A DNA stretch of 32,000 nt from the NCBI GenBank assembly GCA_047651235.1, contig CP178758.1, forward strand, positions 3,420,001 through 3,452,000, written 5' to 3'. The notes under the pieces are model-generated. The model was not told the DNA's origin. It searched no databases and saw only the letters and a list, made by a program, of their open reading frames with translations. A program made the position numbers and the translations under genes. Source of the stretch: Candidatus Electrothrix yaqonensis (GTDB lineage Bacteria; Desulfobacterota; Desulfobulbia; Desulfobulbales; Desulfobulbaceae). Positions 1 to 6,861 of this stretch are shown piece by piece; positions within the stretch are counted from its first letter, which is position 1; the number at the start of each line of letters is the position of its first letter.

Positions 1-822
1 GCAGAAATTCATAGGATTGAAGAACTGAAATACAAGCCGCAGATTTACAACCAAGAAGTTGGCGAAAAGATCGTTCGCATGTTTGAAAGCATGAATTTGG
101 TTCCGACATTATTCTTTGTTGATCCTTGGGGATATAAAGGTTTATCTCTTAGGCTTGTTAACTCGGTATTAAAAGACTGGGGGTGCGATTGTATCTTTTT
201 CTTTAACTACAACAGGATCAATATGGGACTGAGTAATCCCTTTGTCAAGGAACACATGGATGCCCTGTTCGGACAAGATCGGGCTGATGAACTGAGACCA
301 AAACTTGCTCAAACCTCTCCAAAAGAGAGGGAGTTAATAATAGTTGAAGAACTTTGTCAAGCGATTAAATCCTATGGCAGTCGCTACACTTTGCCTTTTA
401 GATTTAAAGATTCAAAGGGAAAACGAACAAGCCATCATCTTATTTTTGTCAGCAAGCATTTTCGCGGTTATGACATCATGAAGGATATCATGTCTCGTGA
501 AAGTACAAGCGACACAGAAGGTGTGCCTTCATTTGAATACAATCCCGCTGACTTTTTGCCAAAGCAGACTCTTTTGTTTCAACTTTCCCGTCCAATTGAT
601 GATCTAAAAAATGATTTGCTGGACAACTTTGCAGGTCAAAGACTCACAATGGAAAAAATTTACGAAGAACACAACGTAGATACTCCTTATATTAAAAAGA
701 ATTATAAGGATACGTTACGTACACTTTATGATGAGAATCTCATTGATGCAATTTCGTTAAAAGGGAAGCCGCCACGTAAAGATACATTCGGTGATAAAAT
801 TATAGTTACTTTTCCAAGGTAA
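1..822 (+). CDS. TcmP-like 'three-Cys-motif partner' protein, 5'-truncated by the window edge
   Basis: Frame 1 is open from nt 1 (AEIHRIEELKYKPQ...) into the listed ORF 79..822. The TAA stop at 820-822 lies 5 nt before the DUF5131 gene. Blocks FFVDPWGYKG and TSHHLIFVSKHFRGYD fit my recollection of TIGR04474, a family defined by adjacency to PF07505 genes. Sequence is AT-rich. Confidence 0.55.
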   Translation, partial: AEIHRIEELKYKPQIYNQEVGEKIVRMFESMNLVPTLFFVDPWGYKGLSLRLVNSVLKDWGCDCIFFFNYNRINMGLSNPFVKEHMDALFGQDRADELRPKLAQTSPKERELIIVEELCQAIKSYGSRYTLPFRFKDSKGKRTSHHLIFVSKHFRGYDIMKDIMSRESTSDTEGVPSFEYNPADFLPKQTLLFQLSRPIDDLKNDLLDNFAGQRLTMEKIYEEHNVDTPYIKKNYKDTLRTLYDENLIDAISLKGKPPRKDTFGDKIIVTFPR

Positions 823-827
823 AGAAA

Positions 828-1604
828 ATGGCCACAAGTAAGATAGAATGGACGGAGGCAACTTGGAACCCTGTTACTGGCTGCTCAAAAATCAGTGAAG
901 GTTGCGTTAACTGCTATGCCGAACGGTTGGCGAAACGTCTCAAGGCAATGGGGCAAAAAAACTATGCGAATGGTTTTAATGTTACTCTCCATCCACATGC
1001 TTTAACTATTCCTTTGAAATGGAAAAAATCACGATTAGTTTTTGTAAACTCAATGAGTGATCTTTTTCATCATGAAGTTCCTCTAGAATTTATTCAGCAG
1101 ATCTTTCATATAATGAATCAAGCCAGCTGGCATCGTTTTCAAGTGCTGACAAAAAGGGCCGAGAGGCTTGCTGAGTTAGCCCCTTTTCTTAAATGGTCAG
1201 AAAATATATGGACGGGAGTTACTGTTGAGAAAGATACTTACTTAGACCGTCTTAAATACCTGAAAGAGGTTCCGGCTGCTATAAAATTCTTATCGCTTGA
1301 GCCTCTTTTGGGGCCAATAACTACTATAGATTTAACTGATATTCATTGGGTTATAGTCGGCGGTGAGAGCGGGCCAAATGCACGCCCAATGGAAAAAAAA
1401 TGGGTAATTGATATTCAGAAACAATGTATTGAGTTGATGATACCTTTTTTCTTTAAGCAATGGGGTGGTGTTAATAAAAAGAAAGCTGGAAGAATATTGA
1501 ATGGAAAGATATTTAATGAAATGCCAATCTTGAATAAGAGACAATTAAGTTTAATAAATATAAATAATAGCAAGATGGATATAAATAAAAAATATCCTGA
1601 CTGA
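828..1604 (+). CDS. Phage Gp37/Gp68 family protein (PF07505, DUF5131) with N-terminal Cys-x6-Cys-x2-Cys motif
   Basis: KIEWTEATWNPVTGCSKISEGCVNCYAE (Cys19, Cys26, Cys29), FVNSMSDLFH, FQVLTKR, FLSLEPLLGP, VIVGGESGPNARPM and FFFKQWGG are the conserved blocks of this family as I remember it. Length of 258 aa is typical. Confidence 0.88.
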   Translation: MATSKIEWTEATWNPVTGCSKISEGCVNCYAERLAKRLKAMGQKNYANGFNVTLHPHALTIPLKWKKSRLVFVNSMSDLFHHEVPLEFIQQIFHIMNQASWHRFQVLTKRAERLAELAPFLKWSENIWTGVTVEKDTYLDRLKYLKEVPAAIKFLSLEPLLGPITTIDLTDIHWVIVGGESGPNARPMEKKWVIDIQKQCIELMIPFFFKQWGGVNKKKAGRILNGKIFNEMPILNKRQLSLININNSKMDINKKYPD

Positions 1605-1665
1605 ACTGAATCCGCACAAACCCGTGCTATTCGGTTCGTATGCATACGGAGAGATCGGTGAGTAA
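1585..1665 (+). pseudogene. Remnant of a minimal nucleotidyltransferase (MNT / NTP_transf_2-like) gene
   Basis: Frame 1 reads IKNILTELNPHKPVLFGSYAYGEIGE*. LFGSYAxGE is the Gly-Ser start of the nucleotidyltransferase signature. There is no start codon, and a stop falls before the expected Asp-x-Asp. The fragment overlaps the DUF5131 stop. Confidence 0.35.
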
Positions 1666-1834
1666 TATGACTGGCTGGCCTTGAAGTAACGCCGCAATCT
1701 TCCCAATTCAAGTTTTTCTTGGGAATTATCAGAGTTATTTCCCTCTGTCTTCTTTGTTTGCTTTTTCGGTCAAAACATTATAGATTTATCAGGTAAAGGC
1801 GGTTATTCATCAATTCTTGTCAGCGGGAGTGGCA

Positions 1835-2305
1835 ATGGACCTTGTTTCACCGGTGCTTATCTGGTTTCTTTTGGGAATCGGCTTCTTTGTCATGGAACTG
1901 GCTGCTCCCGGATTTATCCTTTTTTTCTTTGGTATCGGGGCTTGGTGTACAGCTGCGGTGCTGGCCCTGATCGATTTTTCTCTCCCTGTCCAGATGATCA
2001 TTTTTTTGGTCAGTTCCCTGCTCAGTCTGATTATACTCCGTTCCTGGCTTCATTCCGTTTTTCTCGGCGGTTCCAGCGAGGAGAGCGATTCCGTGAATGT
2101 GGATTCCATGCCGACCACCGGCGTGGTAACAGAGGCGATTGCGCCTCCTGCTCACGGGCGGGTCAAGTACAGCGGTTCTTTCTGGCGGGCCGTTGCTGAT
2201 GAACCCATAACAGAAAGTACGGTCGTACAGATTGTGGAAAGAAAAGATCTGATTCTTCATGTTCGCCCTTTGGTTACGGAAACGGATGAACAGGAGCTGC
2301 TGTAG
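1835..2305 (+). CDS. NfeD family membrane protein (short form, partner of the SPFH protein)
   Basis: Hydrophobic N-terminal half (LIWFLLGIGFFVMELAAPGFILFFFGIGAWCTAAVLALI..., IIFLVSSLLSLIIL) is followed by a soluble C-terminal domain (GRVKYSGSFWRAVADEPI...VQIVERKDLILHVRP). It sits immediately upstream of a band-7 gene, the classic NfeD-SPFH operon. I prefer ATG 1835 (GGGAG 5 nt upstream) over the TTG at 1817. Confidence 0.8.
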   Translation: MDLVSPVLIWFLLGIGFFVMELAAPGFILFFFGIGAWCTAAVLALIDFSLPVQMIIFLVSSLLSLIILRSWLHSVFLGGSSEESDSVNVDSMPTTGVVTEAIAPPAHGRVKYSGSFWRAVADEPITESTVVQIVERKDLILHVRPLVTETDEQELL

Positions 2306-2379
2306 ACAGGTCTGCAGACAGTGCCTGAGAAAAAATTGTTGCCTGCATAAAAAATAATCTGATTGCAAAGGAGGAAAAA

Positions 2380-3318
2380 ATGGGTTGGCTAATCGGGGTG
2401 ACTTTTCTTGTCATAGTTATTTTTATTATTCTTTTTAAAACAGCAATCATTGTTCCGCAGCGCAATGAGTACGTTGTTGAGCGGCTTGGAAAATACCGGA
2501 CAACTCTTGAGGCCGGATTCCATATCCTCGTTCCCTTTCTCGACAAAGTGGCCTACAAACGCAACCTGAAAGAGGAACCTGTTGATATCGGTGGGCAAAC
2601 CTGTATCACAGCCGACAATGTCACGCTGGAAGTGGACGGAATTATGTACATCCAGGTCGTCAATGCACGTCAGTCTGCTTACGGGATTGACAACTATCAC
2701 TTTGCCGCTTCTCAGCTCGCCCAGACCTCGCTTCGTTCAGCTATAGGCAAGATCTCCCTGGACAATACCTTTGAGGCCAGGGAAACGCTGAATCAGCAGG
2801 TGGTGGATGCCATTGATGACGCGGCTCAGAACTGGGGTGTCAAAGTACTGCGTTATGAAATCAAGGATATTCAGCCTCCCCGTTCGGTTCTTGATGCAAT
2901 GGAAAAACAGATGCAGGCCGAACGGGAGAAACGGGCTGAGATCGCTAAATCCGAAGGTCAGAGGCAGTCGATGATCAACCGGGCAGAAGGCGAAAAGGCC
3001 GAGGCCATTGCCAAGTCCGAGGGTGAAAAGATGAAGCGGATCAATGAAGCGGACGGTCGGGCCCAGGAAATCCTCAAAGTCGCGACCGCAACTGCTGCCG
3101 GTATCCGCAAAGTCGGTGAGGCTTTGGCTGAACCCGGAGGCAATGAGGCGGCCAATCTTGAGGTGGCGAAAAAGTATCTTGATGAATTCGGCAAACTGGC
3201 CAAGGAAAATAATACCATGATCCTGCCCGGAAATCTGACCGATGTCTCCGGGATGGTTGCTACGGCTATGGCTACCCTGAAGCAGACCGGCGGAAAAACC
3301 GGCCTCCAGAAGCTCTAA
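2380..3318 (+). CDS. SPFH domain / band 7 family protein (stomatin/QmcA-like)
   Basis: Strong SD (AAGGAGG). One N-terminal TM helix, then IVPQRNEYVVERLGKY, ITADNVTLEVDGIMYIQV, AIGKISLDNTFEARE and VLRYEIKDIQPP, followed by a Glu/Ala/Lys-rich coiled-coil tail. This is typical SPFH architecture. Confidence 0.9.
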   Translation: MGWLIGVTFLVIVIFIILFKTAIIVPQRNEYVVERLGKYRTTLEAGFHILVPFLDKVAYKRNLKEEPVDIGGQTCITADNVTLEVDGIMYIQVVNARQSAYGIDNYHFAASQLAQTSLRSAIGKISLDNTFEARETLNQQVVDAIDDAAQNWGVKVLRYEIKDIQPPRSVLDAMEKQMQAEREKRAEIAKSEGQRQSMINRAEGEKAEAIAKSEGEKMKRINEADGRAQEILKVATATAAGIRKVGEALAEPGGNEAANLEVAKKYLDEFGKLAKENNTMILPGNLTDVSGMVATAMATLKQTGGKTGLQKL

Positions 3319-3391
3319 AATCAGGTATAGGGGAATACAGGGCAGCTTTTTCCTGTCCTGTACAATAAGTTAATTATTCTCCCGGTCTCTT

Positions 3392-4096
3392 TTATTCCAC
3401 AGAATTATTTATCCCCGCAGGTTCCAGGACCAGCCTGAGCCCGGCAGCATCAGGCGTGTTGTTTTCCTCCACTCTGCCTGCCAGCCGGGCAACAGCCGCC
3501 TGTACGGTTTGCGACAGCCCGGTCGGATTGATGTGCGGCATACCGGGCAGACGAAAAAACACAACGCTGCAGTCTTCCTCCCGCGCTGTACCCAGGACCA
3601 GCGTCTGCCCCCTGTCCAGATGCTCCAAACAAAAGATATACAGCCGATAGATAACGTGCTGCAGGAGAGCCGGGTCGTTATAAACAGGCTGGATGTCCGG
3701 CCCCGGTTCCAAGCGCAGGTCAATCTCCCGTGATCGGGCGGAACGGGCAAACAGTGCTGTCAGCTCGGCCAGCAGTTCATGCAGATGAAACGAGGAGAGG
3801 GGCGTATCCGAGCGATGGGCAACCCCGCTGAGGTGACAGCACAGAGTTGCAGAATTGCTTATCCGCCGCTCAATCAGGGCGGTTGTTTCCCGCGCCCGGT
3901 CAGACAGGGGATCGTCCCTGCCGCTCATGGCCAGCATATCCTCCAGCAGACCGTTAGCCTCCCGGATTACACTGAGATGGTTGCGTATTTCATGGGAGAA
4001 GTCGGCGAGCAGAGTACCCAGCGAGGCCAGCTGTTCTTGACGGATACTGTTTTCCGTGTCCGCATCCGCGCATGCAGATCTGTTCTGTTCCGGCAT
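3392..4096 (-). CDS. Cytoplasmic HisKA (DHp)-domain protein with a degenerate ATPase domain; candidate histidine phosphotransferase or dedicated phosphatase
   Basis: H-box LASLGTLLADFSHEIRNHLSVI resembles the DHp of the adjacent kinase (LASLGRLAAGVAHEINNPLSII). The C-terminal half lacks an N-box Asn (LQHVIYRLYIFCLEH) and has no DxGxG or GxGLGL boxes. No TM or sensor domain. Confidence 0.65.
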   Translation of the reverse strand: MPEQNRSACADADTENSIRQEQLASLGTLLADFSHEIRNHLSVIREANGLLEDMLAMSGRDDPLSDRARETTALIERRISNSATLCCHLSGVAHRSDTPLSSFHLHELLAELTALFARSARSREIDLRLEPGPDIQPVYNDPALLQHVIYRLYIFCLEHLDRGQTLVLGTAREEDCSVVFFRLPGMPHINPTGLSQTVQAAVARLAGRVEENNTPDAAGLRLVLEPAGINNSVE

Positions 4097-4115
4097 TATC
4101 CCTGTCCTTTTCCCT

Positions 4116-4222
4116 TATAGCTGGAGCAACATAATTTGAATATGCCCACAAGAGGCATAAGTTTTGCCTTCACGCCTTTCAGATAGCTGATCCTGTATTC
4201 AGTTTATACTGCTCCAGCTATA
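4116..4222. repeat. Perfect 13-bp inverted repeat (TATAGCTGGAGCA / TGCTCCAGCTATA) enclosing 81 bp with an inner 6-bp hairpin
   Basis: Arms at 4116-4128 and 4210-4222 are exact reverse complements. The inner hairpin is TATGCC-cacaaga-GGCATA at 4141-4159. A third ATAGCTG copy lies at 4183-4189. The element fills the spacer between the REC gene stop (4230) and the pseudo-kinase start (4096). Confidence 0.7.
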
Positions 4223-4229
4223 TCTGCCC

Positions 4230-4628
4230 TTATCCAAGCCGCTGTTTTTCTGTTGCCTCACTGATCGTCTCCAGCAGATCCTGCAGGTCAACCGGTTTGA
4301 TGATGTATTCAAAGGCCCCTTTATTCTTCGCTTCAACCCCGGCGCTGACAGAGCCGTGACCGGTCAGCATGATAACCTCGATAGAAGGATCGTACTCTTT
4401 GATTTTTTCCAGCACAGTCAGGCCGCTCATGTCTGCCATTTTCAGATCCAGGATCACAATATCCGGCTGCACGTCCGGCAGAACGGCAAGCCCTTCTCCG
4501 CCGCTGTGCGCATCCTCGACATCAAAATTCCGCAGCTGCAGGCGCCGGCGCAGGGTTGAAGCGAATTCAGCCTCATCATCAATGAGCAGCAGTTTCGGTT
4601 TATCGTTATCTTGTTGTTCCGTGTTCAT
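4230..4628 (-). CDS. Single-domain response regulator (REC only, CheY-like)
   Basis: LLLIDDE..., DIVILDLKMADMSG (phospho-acceptor Asp), VIMLTGHGS and FEYIIKP (conserved Lys). There is no output domain. The start overlaps the kinase stop by 4 nt. Confidence 0.9.
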   Translation of the reverse strand: MNTEQQDNDKPKLLLIDDEAEFASTLRRRLQLRNFDVEDAHSGGEGLAVLPDVQPDIVILDLKMADMSGLTVLEKIKEYDPSIEVIMLTGHGSVSAGVEAKNKGAFEYIIKPVDLQDLLETISEATEKQRLG

Positions 4629-6460
4629 TCATCCTCCTCCTGACGAACCGGCAGGTCAATCTCAAATTCCGTTCCTTTATTCACCTCGGAAACCACATTG
4701 ATGGTACCGCCCAGTTTTCTGATCAACCCGTAGACAATGGACAGCCCCAGTCCGGTTCCCTTTCCGGTTTCTTTGGTAGTAAAAAACGGATCGAAAATAT
4801 GCTGCTGGACTTCCGATGCCATCCCTGGACCGGTATCCGCAATACTGATCCGGACAATGGCCGGAGTAACCTGCCTGCTGCGCAGGGTAATTTTTCCGCC
4901 GTCACATCCTATGGCGTCTATGGCATTGCTGATGATATTGAGAAAAACCTGCAGCAGTTCGCAGCGGTCACTGGACACTCTGCTGAGCTCCTGGTCGAGA
5001 AAAAATTCTATTTGTATCCGGCTGTATGCTGTTTCTTCAGCAAGAAAATCAACTGCCTCGCGCAGAAGAAAATTGATATCGACTTCTTCAATTTTGACCT
5101 TGGTCTGGTGCGCGAAACCGAGCAGCCGGTGGGTGATAATTTTGCAGCGCGCTACACTGTTCTGGATACCGGCAAGCGCATCTGCCAGTGTTTTTTTATA
5201 CGGAAAATCGTCAGTATGTTCTGAGAGTTCCTGCAGATCCTGAATCAGCCCGGCATGCTGATTGATAATCGACAGCGGATTATTGATTTCATGGGCAACT
5301 CCTGCAGCCAGCCTGCCGAGGGAGGCCAGTTTGTTGGGCTGCTCGGCCCTGGCCAGAAACTGCTCCCGCTTCAGCCCGGCTTCCTGCAGATGACCAGTAA
5401 TTGCCTCGCTGATCTCAAGGGCCAGCAGGACAGCCACCAGGGCGCAGAAAACAAAAACCGAAATCAGCTGGATACGGAATCCGGCCCAGGCATCCCCGTA
5501 TAAATACGGCTCCTTGATCAGCATCAATTTCCAGGGGATATTCTGCAGAGCAGCAGCTGCCAGAATCACCTGGCGCCCATCGATTTCCCGACGGCTGATC
5601 CGCAGCCCTTCGACAGCCGGTGATACGCCGGAGTATGAGGTCCCATCCTGGTCCGCTGATACAGCAGAATTTTTGTCAGTATGTTCTCCGACTGCAAAAA
5701 GAGCACAGGTTTCTCCTGCCCTGCTGAAGGCTCCCGGACTGGTCAGCCGGGCGCAGACCGCATCAACCAGAAACAGGGCCTTGCTGTATTCCGTGCTGAT
5801 GGTATCAATGAAATCCTGCAGGATTCCGGCATGGACAGTGACCCGCATCACCCAGCTTTTCTGCCGGTCAGGAAGTGTGCCGCTTACCGCGATAAAAAAA
5901 TGCGGCCCGTCATGCAGTCCGTCAGACCGTTCCTGTGCGACTCCGGTGAAGGCGTTGCTTATATACACGCCCTGACGCACAACCTGCTGATACCATTCCT
6001 GACCGGCATAGTTCCGTTCTTTTCCGTGATCTGCCCCGACGTAGGATTGGCGCCTCCCCTGGGTGTCAATAATCTCTATTTCCTCAAAAGCCGGGTACTG
6101 ATAATGGAGGCGCTCAAAGATCGCGGTAAGTTTCAGCGGATCGCTCAGCACCGGATAATCATCTTCAACAGCAACAACCCGGACAACCGTTTCCAGTTCA
6201 GCAACAAATTTTTCCACTGCGCCTGCGCTCAGCTCAAGATGCAGCAGAAGCTGCTCCTGTTCTTTCTGAACAAACAGCCGTCGATGCTGATAATGGGAGA
6301 CCACAGCGATAATGGTCATCGGTATCAGAACAAAGACCGCCAGAATCAGCGATAGGCCTCTGGAAAACCGTTTGTACCCTCTTTCGAGATCTGCACGAAT
6401 CATAAAATTGCCGCGCGGCGGCGGCAGAACTTTTTCAAGCCAGTTGGAATAGTTCGTCAT
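4625..6460 (-). CDS. Membrane sensor histidine kinase with a large extracytoplasmic (Cache-like) domain
   Basis: Two TM helices (LSLILAVFVLIPMTIIAVV and LISVFVFCALVAVLLALEI) flank ~290 aa. These are followed by a complete transmitter: H-box GVAHEINNPL, N-box NIISNAIDA, G1 DTGPGM, F-box FDPFFTTK and G2 GTGLGLS. Confidence 0.9.
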   Translation of the reverse strand: MTNYSNWLEKVLPPPRGNFMIRADLERGYKRFSRGLSLILAVFVLIPMTIIAVVSHYQHRRLFVQKEQEQLLLHLELSAGAVEKFVAELETVVRVVAVEDDYPVLSDPLKLTAIFERLHYQYPAFEEIEIIDTQGRRQSYVGADHGKERNYAGQEWYQQVVRQGVYISNAFTGVAQERSDGLHDGPHFFIAVSGTLPDRQKSWVMRVTVHAGILQDFIDTISTEYSKALFLVDAVCARLTSPGAFSRAGETCALFAVGEHTDKNSAVSADQDGTSYSGVSPAVEGLRISRREIDGRQVILAAAALQNIPWKLMLIKEPYLYGDAWAGFRIQLISVFVFCALVAVLLALEISEAITGHLQEAGLKREQFLARAEQPNKLASLGRLAAGVAHEINNPLSIINQHAGLIQDLQELSEHTDDFPYKKTLADALAGIQNSVARCKIITHRLLGFAHQTKVKIEEVDINFLLREAVDFLAEETAYSRIQIEFFLDQELSRVSSDRCELLQVFLNIISNAIDAIGCDGGKITLRSRQVTPAIVRISIADTGPGMASEVQQHIFDPFFTTKETGKGTGLGLSIVYGLIRKLGGTINVVSEVNKGTEFEIDLPVRQEEDE

Positions 6461-6584
6461 GGCGATATCTTCATTACGTTACGGCTGTCTCTCTTTTTCT
6501 CCGTTCTGTCAGCACTTAACAGGACTGTGATGATATTTTTCTCGCCATTCTTTGATCCGCGATCAATTCTCATAGTATAAAAGT

Positions 6585-6613
6585 AGTATATACCCCGGTA
6601 TTACTGAAAGCAA
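6585..6613 (-). promoter_or_regulatory. Candidate sigma70-type promoter for the kinase operon (TTGCTT-17 nt-TATACT)
   Basis: The minus strand reads TTGCTT (6613-6608), a 17-nt spacer, then TATACT (6590-6585), about 125 nt upstream of the kinase ATG. This is pattern match only. Confidence 0.25.
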
Positions 6614-6621
6614 AATTTTTA

Positions 6622-6756
6622 TACTTGAGGAAAAGGAATAGCCTGCGGGCGGGGATTCAGACGAAAGGGGAGAGAAAAAAAGTAAACCCCGGTGCTGAAC
6701 TGTCCGGAGTTGTAGGCAATGGCGTTAAGGGCGGCACCAACCCGCAGCCGGAAGTT
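6622..6756 (-). pseudogene. C-terminal fragment of a second DASS/SLC13 transporter gene
   Basis: The minus frame reads NFRLRVGAALNAIAYNSGQFSTGVYFFSLPF...QV*, bounded by an in-frame TGA upstream. Nt 6687-6748 match 8311-8372 (inside the intact transporter, LVGAAPNAIAYNSGQFSTGEFF) at 54 of 62 positions by hand alignment. Most differences are synonymous. Confidence 0.55.
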
Positions 6757-6861
6757 TCAACGGTGAATGTTTTTTCTTCCTTTCTTTTGGTTTATCGCGT
6801 GTTCAGCCCTAACATCCAGCTCACACAAAGCACTCCGTTCGCCGATGCAATATATTTTACA

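Noticed and set aside
1700-1725. 7-bp hairpin after the DUF5131 gene considered as its terminator.
   Set aside because: It has a 12-nt loop and is followed by TTATC with no U-run. I mention it only as a boundary landmark.
3337-3362. Short hairpin (ACAGG-10 nt-CCTGT, or TACAGG/CCTGTA) in the 73-nt convergent spacer between the SPFH gene and the pseudo-kinase gene.
   Set aside because: The stem is only 5-6 bp and no U-tract follows on either strand, so this is insufficient to call a terminator.
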